From Callorhinchus milii (Eukaryota): a stretch of 64,000 nt of DNA. The stretch is from contig NW_024704742.1 of NCBI RefSeq assembly GCF_018977255.1, forward strand, positions 24,492,001 to 24,556,000, read 5' to 3'. The notes below the pieces were generated by a model. That model had not been told where the DNA came from. It saw only the letters and a list, made by a program, of their open reading frames with translations, and did no database searches. Of the stretch, positions 23,900 to 38,099 are shown piece after piece. Position 1 is the stretch's first letter. The number at the start of each line of letters is the position of its first letter. The position numbers were made by a program, and so were the translations under genes.

Positions 23900-24110
23900 G
23901 GTATTGCAACGAATTGTTGATGAACCAGCTGGCGTGGTTCGTTGACTGGATGTGAAGGAGCAGTTATGTCACTTGGCAGGGATTCTATACACTCACCCAC
24001 TTTTAGCTTTGCAAGCCAAGCTCTAAAAGGTAAAGTCCTAGTTGGACAAGCAGCGGCAAGTTTGCCAGTTTTCAGAATCGTAAGCTACACAGTTTTAGTT
24101 TAGTTTAAAT
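23900..24110 (-). mobile_element. Fragment of the Vingi-like LINE-derived family
   Basis: tttgcaagccaagctc...ttggacaagcagcggcaagtttgcc matches 33203-33270. Confidence 0.55.
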
Positions 24111-24589
24111 CATTGCTACTAAATCTCGTGTGTTTTTTTCTCTGAAATGACCTTTTGTCGTAGCATTTCATTATCCATTGCCATACACTCATATTTCTTT
24201 TCTGTTGAGTTACTTCACCTTAAAGTACTCGATGGTCAACCAGGATCTGAAAACAGATGGCTGCAAGGGCAATGATCAATGCTGAGGTATTATTTGGAAT
24301 ACACACACACATACACAGACAGCTGCAAAAAGAAAGCGTACACATTTCTGCTAGTTGGTGAAAGGAAGTCAAGTGAAGCTAAAAATCTACCTGCGGTTTT
24401 TGATCAAAAAAAAAGTTGTTTTGTTTAGCCTTCCTCTCACAGCACATCGACAAACATTTTCAATGCTGAAAGCAGTTTGCCCATTTCCTGGAGATGTTTC
24501 GCTGTAACTATTTCCCATTCTGCCCTCTTTTGAAAATAATGATCACCGTAAAGTTTTATTTTGTTTTGGGGGTAGCGTAGACAGTACAG

Positions 24590-24960
24590 TACTGGCACTC
24601 ACTCCATACATAAATGCTAGTGAAGACTTGAAGTTCTGGGGGAGAGCTGTATTGTCAGAGGTGTTGTCCTTCAGATGAGTCATTGACCCAAGTTTCCATC
24701 TGTTTGCTCAGATTGACTTTAAATATTCCATGGCACAATTTAAAAAGAGAAGGTAGTTTCTCCTGGTATCCAGATCAACAATCCCGTGATTAAAAGTGGT
24801 CACTAGTTCATGGCTGTTTGTGGGACATTGCTTTGCGCAGATTAGCTTCTGTGTTTGCCTACGAAATAGTCACTACACTTTACAGTAACCCCATAAAGTT
24901 CTTTGAGACATTTTGGTGATATGATGAGCTGCTGTATTAAATACAAGGATTATTATTAAT
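24590..24960 (+). mobile_element. Old Deu-domain SINE
   Basis: gtgggacattgctttgcgcagattagc core; aaatacaaggattattatt tail. Confidence 0.78.
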
Positions 24961-26895
24961 AAAAATAAAAAATTGAAGCTCTCCATGGAACGTCGCATTG
25001 AAAGTCCATTTTCAAAAGTTATAACTACCAGACTGGCCAAGGGTTGCTCAAATCAAATTCTATGTCCAATTAACAATTAAGATAAATTGTAATTAAGGAA
25101 AGGAATGCACTTTGAGAATCCTACAATTTGACCCGTATATTTTCTCCCTGAATCATTTACTTAGATCATGTTATTTCATATTAAACTCTGATTGTCATAA
25201 GAGTGTGTATGTCCTAAACTCAAGGAGTTGGTTTAACAGAATGTGACATATTTGTTTTCTAAATCTTAGATTTCATTGTCTTTACATTTATCTGCCATCC
25301 TTGAATCATTATTTACAGAAGCAATATTACAGCTCTGTGTTCCACCTTACTCCTAATTGGTATTGTTAATGGATACCCTTAATATGAAATAACATGATCA
25401 AAGTAAGATAAGGAGATTATATAGCGGCTCAAAATTGCAGGATTCCCAAATGTATTCCTTTCTTTAATTATTACTGGAAATGATTAAAGAACAGTACAGA
25501 AATTAGTTCAAAATTTGTCTTTTTGAACGTCTTTAATAACAGGTTTGAACACCCCCTGATTTGGGTGCAGTGGTTGCTCTTTCAGGCTTCTACACAGTCA
25601 ATTTATCTGTGACCAATTTTAATATTTTTGCTGTAAATAATTATTCATTCCTTTTACACAAATGCTGGTGAAGATTTGGAATGTGTTCAGGCATACCGCA
25701 GTTTTAATACCTATGTTCTTTTAATTTGTCATTCACTCAGGTCGCATTTTTTCACATCAAATGTATCGGTCAACAAACCCAATTACTAAGTGTTTATCAA
25801 GCCCTGCAATTTTGATCCCCTGTATGAATGTAAGTGATGTGTGTGTAAATGATGATTCAAGATTTTGAATCATTAGCGTTGACTTTAACGTTTATTTCAT
25901 TGTTCACTTACCATTACCTTTTAAGATTGCTTTTAGACCAATGCAGAACCCTCACTCTTGGCATCTATAAAAGATTTCCTGATGCTATTGATTTTGCTAC
26001 TTTTCTGAAAAAAAATGGTGGCTACATTGACTGAGAGAGGACACTTCTACTGAAATCGAGAGGAACGGTGTTCAGTCTCAAGGCTAGCATTAAGGACAGC
26101 TTCCAGTTGACAAAGCTTTCCTTGATTATCCACGATAATAATTAGGAAAGGAATGCAATCAGAATAACGCTATTTTTACCCCATGGTGTTGCTGAAGGTC
26201 AGGCTGGTGAACTATACACTTGGTGACCTAGTTTCATTTTTAATCTGAGCTGACATTTGCTTTCTCTCTTTCAAATTAGTGACTTGTTGACCTTCACAAC
26301 ACTGAGCACAGGCAGGAAGTCTGGCTGACAGAAGGGCGGAAACTGAACACTCATGTTTGTTTCATTCTTCAACATTTATACTATCTAGCCACATAGTAAA
26401 TCCACCTGGAGATGTTCCAGTTGCAGTCCAGGCTATAGAAAGAACAAAGTAGACAGTCTCTCCACCCCAAAAATGTACTGCTGAAAGTTCACCCATAATA
26501 AAAAGGTAACTTCGGCAATTAAAATGTTGCTGTGACCATGATCCTTGGATAGTTAAATCCTGAAATAACAGAATGAAGTTATGAACGTCATCTCGAGTAA
26601 GCTAATAACAATTATCGTAAATTAAACCTATAGGGAGATATCTAGCCCCAAACCACGCAGACTTGAAAAGCTTTCAGATCTAAACACACTTGCTGTAGTC
26701 AATATTTCACAATGTGATGTTTGAAAATACACGTAGTCTTAGCTTGTATGAGCAAGTTGGCTTAAAATATAGAATTGTTATGGATAATTCTGAAATTAAT
26801 TGTTCATCAGGAAGATGGTTTTCTGCCATTGCACTTTCCACAGGAAAGAATCAGCTTCCAAATTATCAGTGAATTTAAAATTCTATATCTTAAAG

Positions 26896-27118
26896 GGAGT
26901 TTAGGAGAAACATCTTTATGCAGGGTGAGGTGAGAATGTGGAGGGTTGAAGCAGAAAGCTTCAACAAATTCAAGAAGAACATTGATGCATACATGAGGCA
27001 GAGAGAACGGAGATGGGAGATGGGATTAGAAGGCGTGAAGGCTCATGTGGAATATAAATACCAGCACGGACTAGTTGGGCTAAATGCCCTTTTTCCATGA
27101 TGTAACATACTATGTAAG
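26896..27118 (+). mobile_element. Old CR1 3' fragment
   Basis: VEAESFNKFKKNIDAYM and CR1-type 3' UTR gttgggctaaatgcc...ctatgtaa. Confidence 0.7.
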
Positions 27119-27544
27119 AATATTTCACAGGTCTGCACAATCTTAAATATTAAGTCAAAATGGTTTTACAGACTACGACTATTTAAAATGTTGGGCCCTT
27201 GATTTATGCAAAGTTCTGTTTTTTATGTATAAATACACAAATATGGAGAGAAAGTAATGGTATGTATTCCATATCTCAGTATCTTTCTCCGTATTCAACA
27301 GCTGCACTTTCAGTTCCATATTAACACATCAGAAATGTTACTTTCAAGGCGGCATACATAACTTACCTCTGACTAATCCACCTGGCATGTAAACTCACTT
27401 TCAATTAACACTGCAAGTGCTGCTTCTATGTCTGAATTTTTTTTTGCTGCCTTTAAAACAAATGGAAAGACGTATGAAAAGGTCCACGTATGATGTGTGT
27501 TTTCATGTTTTGCGCAAAGTTAATAATAAATAATGATGGCAATT

Positions 27545-27875
27545 GCTGCATTTGATGTCACGTTGTTGAGACATTTCAAAGCATTTCACAGAACATATTG
27601 TGAAGTGGATTTTTGGACAAAAGGCAGCAGCTAATTGCGCACAGCAATGTCCCACACACAGTCGTGGATTGAGTGACCACATTTTGTTTTGGAGGGATTA
27701 TTAACCCGGAAAGTGATCTGCCAATCGACTAAAAAACAGGTTCCTACTTACTGCTAGGTAAACAGAAGTGTATGGAGTAAGGAAACTTGCCTAAGGTTTT
27801 GCCCTGCCTGGAAATTGAATCTGGGTCCTCTTGCTTGTGAGGAGAGCACGCTAACCACTATGTTGCGGGACTCCA
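27545..27875 (-). mobile_element. Deu-domain SINE, long variant
   Basis: Minus-strand head ending gggactcc; internal ggttcctacttactgctaggtaaacag; Deu core. Confidence 0.88.
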
Positions 27876-28249
27876 GGTACAGGCTTGATGGACCTCAAGT
27901 TTCAACAACATGATAAGACCAAATGTAAGGATTATTATTAAATTATTATTAGTTGAGCAGTTTTTACTTTGTTATGAGCAGATATCTTTTCAATGATCCT
28001 GCTTTTTAAATATATATAGGAAGCTTTTGCCAGGCTTTGTGTCACTCTGGCTCAGTCAGTAACACTTGCCTTTGAGGCAGAAGGATGTGGGTTCAAGCCT
28101 TATGTGCTGGGGTGGGAGGGTTACATTGACAGAGGTTCTGTCCTTCAGATGGGATGTTAAAACAAGGTCCCTTTTCTCTCCAAAATCAAGAGAGAGCAGC
28201 TATTTGAGGATCGACAGAAGCACTTTATCTCTACCAACACCACCAGTGG

Positions 28250-31200
28250 GAGTGGTGAAATAAAAAGTGCCCTGCGAAAAGATTGATCAGCCAGGCAGAA
28301 CATAAGCAGAGAGCCCAGCAGCGTGAGGAGGGAACTGAGTGAGGTGGAACAGAGTGAGAATTCTGTTAAGGAATTTGCTGAGAGTGCGAATTCGGTGCAG
28401 AAGGGGAAAGAGGTGCAGAATTATAAAATATATATATATATGTTAAAATAATATAAAACATGTCTGGAAATATGCAGGGCAGCAGAGATCAGTTGCATGC
28501 ACAATGTGTGCCATGTGGGAACTCCAGGATGCTTTGTATGCCCTGGACATGTGTGTAGGAAGTGCCTCTGGTTTCTGAGCTCAAGGAGAGGCTGGTTTCA
28601 CTACATAGCATACAGGAGGCTGGAGAGTTCATGGATCGAACGTTTCAGGAGGTGGTCACCCCACAGCCATAGAGGGTTCAGAAGGAGAGTGAGTGGGTGA
28701 CCATCCAGCATGGTAAGAAGAGGGGATGGGCAGTGCAGAAATCACCTGAGAGTGTGGCACTCACAAACTGGTTCTCTGTACTGAATACCGGTCAGGGTGA
28801 TGACACCTCTGGGGAGGGGAGTCAAAAGCAAATGGATGCACAGGGGGCACAGGGAAGAGTATCAATGCAATTGTCATTGGGAACACAATAGTGAAAGGAG
28901 TAGACAGGCGTTTCTGCACCAAAGACATGACTCTTGCCTGGTATGTTGCCTCCCTGGTGCCAGGGTTGAAGACATCACGGAACAGGTGCAAAACGTTCTA
29001 TAGGGGAAAGGGGAACATCCAGAAGTTGTGGTCCATGTTGGGATCCAATAACATAGGGGGAAAACATGGCTGAGATCCTACAGGGAGAGTATCAGAAGCT
29101 AGAGAAAAAGCTAAAGAGTAGGACCTCAAAGGTGGTGATCTCTGAATTACTCCCAGTGTCTCATGCAAGTGAGTATCAAAACAGCAGGATCAAGCACATG
29201 AATGCATGGCTGGAGAAATGGTGCAGAATGGAGGGTTTCAGGTTCCTGGATCATTGGGACCAGTTCTGGGGCAGGTGGCACCTATACAAAGCAGATAGAT
29301 TACACCTGAACAGGGCTGGGACCATTGTCCTTGTAGGGAGATTAACAAGGGCTGTGGGGAAAGTTTTAAACTGATTTTGAGGGGGGAAGGGAATCAGGTT
29401 ATAGCATTAGAGAGGACAAACAAGCTACATAGAGGGCTGGGAGAGACGAATAACAATGTAATCAGGAGTAATCCAGAAAAAGGAAGGAAGATGGGGGAGA
29501 AATACAGAATAGACTAAGTCAGTCTTGAAGTGCATGTGCGTAAATGCATGGAGTGTGACAAATAAAATTTATTATGATGTAGGGGGTTATGATGTTATGA
29601 TGTAGTGACAATACCAGAGATCTGGCTCAAATAAGGGCAGGAATGGGAGCTGAATATTCCTGGCTACAATGTATTCAGGAGAGATAGGGAAAGGAAAAAA
29701 AGGAGGGGAGTGGCAATATTGATTAAAGTCACGGTTACGGCTCTGGAAAGGGACGATGTGCTGGAGGGTCCAAAAACAAAATCTATTTGGTTAGAATTAT
29801 GGACAGAAAAGAAGCTGTTACTATGTTAGATGTATACTATAGACCACCAAATAGTGGGAAGGAGACAGATGAGCAAATCTGCAAGCAGATTTCAGAAAGA
29901 TGCAAAAACAATTGAGTAGTGATAATGGGGGACTTCAAATATCCTAACATAGACTGGCAAAATAACAATGTAAAGGGCAAGGAGGAGGAAGGATTCCTGA
30001 AATGTGTGCAGGATAATTTTCTGGATCAGTGTGTTTCCAGCCCAACGAGAAAGGAAGCAATGCTGGATCCAGTTCTGGGGAACAAACAGGTTTCAGTAGG
30101 AGAACATTTGGACAACAGTGATCACAACATCATTAGGTTTTGAGTACTTATGGAAATAGACAAGAAGCAATCAAAGTTGAAGACACTCAACTGGAAGAGG
30201 GCTAATTTCAGTGAGTTAAAAAGGGACCTAGCCAAGGTGAACTGGAAAAAAAGATTGTCAGGTAAAACAGCAAACAAGCAATGGGAAGTCTTCAAGGAGG
30301 AGGTAGTTTGGGGACAGAACAAATACATTCCCACAAAGGGGAAAGGTAGGGCATTCAAACCTCCCTGGATGAGTAAGGAAATTGGGATTAAAATAAAACA
30401 GAAAAAGGAGGCTTATTGATAATTGTCAGGTCCAAAATACAGAAGATAATAAAGTATAGAAAGTATAGAGGAGAACTGAAAAGGGAAATACAAGAGGCAA
30501 TGTAAAAAGGAACCTTAAGATATTTTATAGTATATAAAGAATAAAAGGTTAGGGTGGGTCCAATTAGGGAGCAAAGAGGAAATTTTCTTGTGGAGGCAGA
30601 GGGCATGGCTGACATACTTTGCATCTGTCTTCACAAAAGAAGAGCATGCAGTCAATTCCACAGTATCGGAGGAGAGGGTAGAGAAATTGGATAAGATAAG
30701 AATAAACTGAGAGGAGGTACTGAAAAGGTTGTCAGTGCTCAAGGTAGATAAACCACCCAGTCCAGACAGGATGCATCCTAGGTTACTGAGAGAAGGGTGG
30801 AAATAATGGAGGCTCTGGCCACAATCTTTCAATCCTCCTTGGACACCGGGGTGGTGCCAGAGGACTAGAGGGTTGCAAATGTCACTCCTCTGTATAAAAG
30901 GGGCAGAAGGATAAACCCGGGAACTACAGGCTAGTCAGCCTAATGTCAGTATTGGAGAAACTTCTAGAGACTATAATCCAGGACAAAGTAAATTTTCACT
31001 TTGAAAAATATGGCTTAATAAAGGACAGCCAACACTAATTTGTTGAAGGCAAATCATGTCTAACAAACCTTATAGAGTTTTTTGATGAAGTAACAGGGAG
31101 GGTGGATGAAGATAGTGCAGTTGATGTAACTTATATGAATTTTCAAAAGGCGTTTGATAAAGTGCCACATAAGAGTCTTGTAAGCAAAATAGAAGCCCAC

Positions 31201-32824
31201 TATTATTATTAAAGGGACAGTGGTAGCATGGACACAGAAGTGGAGGAGACAGAAAGCAGAGAGTAGTGGTGAACGGTTGTTTTTCTGACTGGAGGGAAGT
31301 GTGCAGTGGTGCTCCCCAAGGATCAGTATTGGGACCACTGCTGTTTTTGATCTACATAAATGACCTGGACTTGGGTATAGGGAGTACAATTTCCAAGTTT
31401 GCAGATGATACTAAGCTAGGAAAAGTAATAAACAGTGAGGAGGATAGTAGCAGACTGCAAACGGACATAGACAGACTGGTAAAATGGGCAGACACGTGGC
31501 AGATGAAGTTTAATGTGAAGAAATGCGAAGTGATGCATTTTGAGAGAAAGAATGAGGAGAGGCAATATAAGCTGATGGTACAATCTTAAAGGGGTGAAGG
31601 AAGAGAGAGACCTGGGGGTTCATATAAGTAAATCTTTGAAGATGGCAGGACAGGTAGATAAATCTGTTAAAAAAGCATATGGGTTATTAGGCTTTATAAA
31701 TAGGGGCACAGAATACAAAAGTCAGGAAGTTATGATGAACCTTTATAAAACATTGGTTAGGGCTCAACAACAAGATTTTATTTATAAGCGCCTTTCACAT
31801 CGGGAGGATGTCCCAAGGCGCTGGACAATTGGGTCGGGACCCGAGCAGGGGGGAAATGGTCAGGGTGAGGGGAGGGAAGGGAGGGAGCGAGGAGGGGGTA
31901 GAGAGTCGAGAGGGGAGCTGAAGGCATGGTTGAAGGGAAAGGTCTTGAGACCGGCCTTGAAGGAGGCAAGCGAGGAGGCAAGGCGAAGGCACTGGGGGAT
32001 GGAGTTCCAGAGCCTAGGGGCTGAGAGGCTGAAGGCCCGGCCACCGATGGTAGGGCGGTTGGGGTGGGGGATGTGGAGCAGATCGGAGCCAGAGGAATGG
32101 AGGGTACGGGCAGATCAGTAGGGGGATAGTAGGTTGGAGAGGTAGAAGGGAGCAAGGCCATGAATGGCCTTGTAGATGAGGATGAGGATCTTGAATTCGA
32201 TCCTCTGGGGGGACTGGGAGCCAGTGGAGGCGAGCGAGGGTGGGAGTGATAGTGGAGGCGATTGAGGGTGGGAGCCTCAACTAGAGTACTGTGTTCAGTT
32301 CTGGGCACCACACTTTAGGAAGGATGTCAAGGCAAAGGAGAGAGTGCAAAGAAGATTTACCAGGATGGTACCAGGAATGGGGGCTTCAGTTATGAGGAAG
32401 GCTAGAGAAGCTAGGATTATTCTCCTTGGAACAGAGAAGGTTAAGAGGAGACTTAAAAGAAGTTTTCAAAATTATGAGGGGATTTGATAGGGTGAACAAG
32501 AAGAAATTATTTTCACTGGCAGGTGGGTCAGTAACCTGAGGACACCGATTTAAAATAGTTGTTAAAAGAAACAGGGGGGAGGTGAGGGGAAATGTTTTCA
32601 CACAGCAAGTTGTTTGGATCTGGATTGCATTGCCTGAAAGGGTGGTGGAAGCCGATTCGATAACAGCTTTTAGGAGAGAAGTAGATAATTATTTGGGGAG
32701 GACAAGTTTGCAGGGCTATGGGGAGAGAATGGCGGAGTGGGATTGAATTGGATAGCTCTTTTCAAAGAGCCGGCATAGACACAATAGGCCGAATGGCCTC
32801 CTTCTGTGCTGTATGATTCTATGA
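28250..32824 (+). mobile_element. Near full-length decayed CR1 LINE (ORF1 zinc finger + SGNH esterase; ORF2 APE + RT), interrupted by an L2
   Basis: HVCRKC; ISELLPV...NAWLEKWC...GFRFLDHW...[35 protein letters not shown]; 3' end ggccgaatggcctccttctgtgctgtatgattctatga; many stops and frameshifts; 5' boundary approximate. Confidence 0.95.
31764..32274 (-). mobile_element. Fairly young L2 3' fragment nested antisense in the CR1
   Basis: Closely matches the reverse complement of about 9895-10420; CR1 text resumes at cctcaactagagtactgtg. Confidence 0.93.
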
Positions 32825-32974
32825 ACATGAGTTAAGAAGTTTACTGCAAAGAAAACAAAACAAAATTGTTGTAAAGCTTCCAGGATTCATGCATCTCCTG
32901 CATCTCCTTCGTGCGCACCTGTGGTTCTCTCCGCCTTGCGGACTGGGGAAAGAAAGTGGGATCTCCTTAGAGCT

Positions 32975-33556
32975 GAGCTGCTCTACGATGGCGCCCCTTA
33001 GTAACCAAATGTCAGAATCGAGTCAATCCTCTGTAGACAAGCAGGTCCGCAATAGTAACAGGCACTGCTGATGACAGACGTGTGGCTCATTGCCAAGACT
33101 TGGGCAGTAGGGCTTCTTCCCACTCAGCTCCTGTTCAGCACCTTGGGACATCCTCCTGACGTGAAAGGTGCTATACAAATGTAATTTTGTAGTTGTTGTT
33201 AATCTTGCAAGTCAAAGCCCTCATGGGTAGGGTGGTCTTAACTGGACAAGCATTAGGAAACTTGCCAGACAGTGCTATAATGACAAGCTCTGCGGTTTTA
33301 GCTGGTTAGATTCCAGCAATACCCTAGCCACACTCTGGTGTCCCCAAGTCTTGGCTCTTCCAAATCTGTGTCTAATGCTTTCTGGAATTAGGTAAGCAGG
33401 GTAAGTCCCTCTGGAGAGTGTGCATTCCATTCCATTCCAGACGCAGGGAAATTTCCACGTGTAGGTGGGATGCATGGAAATCTCAGTTTGGTTTGGATAC
33501 TCTTACTCATGGTGATGGGTTTCCACATGTGTCAGATATGTGGAGGCTGACCAAAA
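32975..33556 (-). mobile_element. Vingi/I-group-like LINE-derived repeat, with a solo L2 tail inserted at 33137-33200
   Basis: Homologous to 49383-49960 and 63344-63925; WNG...PAYL peptide remnants. Confidence 0.65.
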
Positions 33557-34039
33557 GAAACCTCACAGGAAGTGTATACAGGACATCTTTCTTCTTTGCT
33601 TCTTTGGTTGGGTAAAGTCCCAAAACTGCCAAATACAAAGGTCAAAGACCAATTTAAGATTTCCTGAGCATATTCAGACAAGCATCTGCAGAGCTACTTG
33701 AGCAAAAAAAACACCCCGAGTTTACTGCACCTGTGCTTGGGTATGAAATCTCTGTCTCTCCGACAGCTCCTTTGTGCTTGAACCATCTTATCTCTTATTT
33801 TGACATTTGTAAGCAATGCTTGGAAGTGTTCACCACCTGTCAGAGACTAACTTCCTATTCCTTTAATTTGTGTCTGGTTTCATATCTCATTTTACTAGGG
33901 CTCTATCTGCAATAAATTGGCATTCAACATCTTTGGGTTCTTGTTTGTACTGTGAGGCTCCAGCCTGGTCTGGCTAGTTGTTTTGGACATTATCCGTTTA
34001 CAGTGTACAAACCTTTGCTTTGTACTATGTATACGGTAG

Positions 34040-34372
34040 CAGTCTAGCTCAGTTTGGTAGCGTTCTCGCTTCTGAGACAGAAGGTTGTAGGTTCAAGTCC
34101 CATGTTGGTATTTTGAAACCACACAGTCTAGGCTGACACTAAGGGTGCTGGGTGAGTATTGCATTGCCAGAGAACGCCATCCTTTGTTGAACCAAAGCCC
34201 AGTCAAAAATTAGCCATTCGCTTCATGGCTGTTCGTGGGACCCTGCTGTGAACAAATTGGCTGCCATGTCCAACGCCAAACACAGTCAATACATTTTACA
34301 GAATTTTCATTAAGTACATTGTGACATTCTTGACATTATAGGCACTGTATCAAATGCAAGGATTATTATTAT
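34040..34372 (+). mobile_element. Old Deu-domain SINE
   Basis: tagctcagtttggtagcgttctcgcttctgagacagaaggttgtaggttcaagtccc head; (TTA)n tail. Confidence 0.8.
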
Positions 34373-37189
34373 TAAAACAGAATGATCCAGCTCAACTATA
34401 CCTCTAGTACAGGATTCTGTTTGCTTTCCCATGTTGCTGTGACCCTTGATCGAGTGCATGTCACAATGCTTATCATTGAAAATATGGGAGTAAAGAAAGT
34501 TTGCAGGATAGACTGTTGCTAAAAGATAATGGGAACTTAACATAATCGATATGCTATCACAACAGAGCAGAAGGTTGGGTTTGTCACCCTAGCTGATTTT
34601 GCAAGTTTGTTTCTGTTTCTCTTCACTTACCAGTGGTTGGGTAGAAATAATCATTATTTTACTAGTATAGTGTCTTGTTTTACCCTGAAAACTTTACTTT
34701 AATATTCCTTTATTGGCAAATAGTGGATAGCTTAAAGAAGAGATGAAGAGACCACGATTGTATAATGTTTTTTACATTTGTTGGATTTACTAAATACGAA
34801 CTGTAGTCACTACATGATAAGTAGTATTTATTATATGTAGAACAACAGAGATCCCAAAACAAGCGCAAGACAGTAGGGGGATCTCTGAAGATAGATACAT
34901 TAACAGACATTGGTGTATGAGAACATTTTATTCTCTGTTGTTCTGAAAGTCGGGTGAGCTTATAATGGGAATTTCCTATTACAAGATCCCACTGCCCATG
35001 TCCTGACATTTATAGACCAAGGGACAATAAAATCATCTATGCTAGAGCAAACCAGTGATGAGGATGCCTGGAAATGTGGATCAAAAAAACATAAATGAGA
35101 AATTCTAACAAACCTCATCCATACTTGCTACCAGGCAAATTTGGTGTTCTACAAAACCTCTCTCTGCCCAATAATAGATTAATTGAGATGTATTTTGTAG
35201 GTCACAAAGAATGAAAATGGTGTTCTGAGATTGTGTTGCCACGTCATTCCTTCTCTCCCCCCAATTTGGATCAATGGCATCATTGTTACAACACAGTCAA
35301 TATTTTTAATGGATCAGTATTTTTGCCTTGGAGTTGTAACTTTTTTTTCCCCCACCAAGGTCTCATTCTCTACAGAGATTTCTACGGAGCTTATTTTGGT
35401 GCAGACACCAATAAATGAATCTCCATTGACTCTGAACACATCAAACATTTACTGTTCTGTTTTTGTATTCCTGGCTGAATCAAGAATGTGCTACAATGAA
35501 TGCCACTAATGTTTAAGTTCTACTTTGATTCATTGAGCAGCTTAATAAACTTGTTGCATTGTCTCCACAAGTTTTACCGGCCGTGGTAGGCTAAATTATG
35601 ATCAAGAAATCAAGAATGAGCACCTGTGAATTCTAGCTGAAGCAATCCCTCTTACCTGTGATGACCCTGTAAATAAGAGATTGCATCCTCCTACCTTATT
35701 GGGCCCTGCGAAGTGTTTTCCCCACAGACTTTGTTCCAGCTCTTTGATCTCCACCTGCTTCCAATTCACGCCTTGCATTTCAAGCTGGGCAGACACTTTC
35801 CTTCTCCAGGATCCTGATGGTTTTTCACTGCTGTGATCTCAAGAATATTGATATGAAAGAATAATATGCAGCAGTACATGGAGAAGTTTGTCTAAGTGAC
35901 ATGGAACTACATATTGTATATATGGACTTGTGCCTCCATAAAGGGCTATGTCCGTATACAAACTGTGACTTTGTAAATTATGTTAAAAGCAGATATAAAG
36001 CCAATATGGAAAATGCTGTTCTTCATCATATGTTTACTGCCTGTTTAGAGTAGAAAAGGCATTTGGCTGAAGTAGCATATTCTTCGTAGTCACTGGTTAT
36101 TTGCAAATTGTTGTTGCTGATGGAGAATGGCAGCTGCATTTTGACTATCTAGGTCTCTTGCCAATAAAAAAAATGTAGAAAACATTTTTTTACAATCATG
36201 AGTAGAGCTTGGAAACCCAAGTATTCCTTACCATCTATTGCTCCACCATGAAATTATTATCTGATTGCATACGCACAAATTTACAAATTTATGCACCACT
36301 TCCCTACCCCTAGTGTATCAGTACTATAACATCAAGTTTCTTATTTGGACAAAAGCTGTACCTTTTCGAAGTTATCATTGTTGGATCTTGGAAAACATTC
36401 TGTTGAAACCCATTGGCACAGAGTAGAATATTTAGCTGCTTAGTTGTTGCAGTCGGTTTACCTTTTGTGGAAATGTTGATACAATAATCTAAACTGACGT
36501 AAAGCATTTTAAAGGGAACAGGCCCTGCAGTTTCCTCCCTATTGCAGAAGGATCATCAGTCCTTCAACGTTATTTGAATAGTGAGAGCTAATCCATCTTT
36601 CAAAAAACTTTAATCTTTCTCGTCTTTTGGTGATGAATTACAGTGCTGCAGAACCACTACTAATAATAATCCTTAATTTGGTATTGTGCCTTTCATGTCA
36701 GGACTTTGAAATCCCAAAGCACTTCACAGGATTACTGTAAAGTATAGTGACTGTATTATGTGGGCAAACTGTGTATTTTGTGAACAAAGTTTGGCTGCAA
36801 AGTACAGATATTTTGATGCAATATCTAAGAGTATTTTCTTATTACCTTCAGCAAAACTGAAAATGTCAGTGTTGTAATTTCTACCGTTCAATAATCCAAA
36901 AGTGTACCCTAGTTTCCTTCGACGTAGAAAAACATTTCTAGCAATCTCCACTTCAAAAAAGTTTTTTTTTGTAAAATTTTAAAACATGAATTGGTTAATT
37001 GATATGTTTATCATCCAAAAGCGATACGTGGTTAAGGAATTAGTTAAATCATTTTTTTTAAAACTATTTTTAGTCTTGGACCATTTGCTTGGAATTTCTG
37101 AGGTCAGTTCCCATTCACAGAAACTGACCTCAGAAAGAGATGATTTTGGCTCATAGAAACATAAAAGCACTGCTCAGGTATGAACTTGG

Positions 37190-37770
37190 ACCTCGAGAAC
37201 ATCAAGATGACTGGCACATCACAAGCTGTCCTGTAAAGCTCTTCCTACCACCCTGAAGGCAAATATTCATCAGATAGCTGATGAGGAAACTCTGAGGCCA
37301 CAATTGCTGGAAGATGTTACCTAGAGTCCATACATCCAGCGCTTGAACTCCACCCTGATTGGTTGCAGAGGTAAGAAGCGGATGCTCAAGCTCCGCACGT
37401 CCAACAGGTGGAACCACTGCTCAATAAGAAGGAACGTGTGCCCGAGCTGAGGGCAGGAAGATTGTGGCGATGCTCTCGTGCATTTCATGCTCAGCTGCTT
37501 TGCCCACCAGGAAGATTGCAGGGAGTTCTTGGTATCTGCCATCCACGCAGTGAGGGCTTGGTAGATGTCAAATGACTGACTGGTGACTGTTCTCCTGGAA
37601 GGCGGGGAGGGCAGGTAAGCGCAGTCTCCTTGGAGCTAAACTGACAATGGAATGTCAGAATCGAGCTCTCTGTGGTGGGGTCGGTAGCCTTGTTCCTGAA
37701 CCAGACGGGTCCACAGTATTCCAGGCCAATGCTGATGACAGAGACAGCCTGACTCATTGGCAGGACCTGC
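37190..37770 (-). mobile_element. Vingi-like LINE fragment (post-RT C-terminal region)
   Basis: LEYCGPVWFRN, WFHL, FKRW and SNCG...YLMNIC remnants resemble recalled Vingi/Ingi EYCAPVW, GFDL, KWG, CxCG-H-C motifs. Confidence 0.55.
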
Positions 37771-38099
37771 AGTTTATGAGCCCCACATTCCCCACACCCC
37801 CCGACAGAGAATAGGGGTATTCCTCTCAAGTTCTTGTGTGGGAGAGGACAAGGGCTGCAGAGTTCTAAACGGTCTGCAGCTTATGAAGGCAAGAGTTGGG
37901 AAGTCTGGCAATCAAAGAATCGGCATACTCTAGTCTGGATGTGATTAAAAGCGTGGATAAAAGTCTCAGCGATAGTGCTGGAAGCGGGCACCATGAATGA
38001 AGTAATATTCCAGAGAATTAGTGGAAGAGGTGAAAGTCATTTTTAAAGATTGAGAAAATTATTTAAAGCAATAGAACAGCGTAACAGTGGAATTTAAAT

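Noticed and set aside
29066..29374. SGNH/GDSL esterase-like ORF as a host gene
   Set aside because: It is the ORF1 esterase domain of the decayed CR1
37290..37350. Kinase subdomain IX-like peptide ALDVWTLGNIF on the minus strand
   Set aside because: No other kinase motifs or splice support; lies within a Vingi-like repeat
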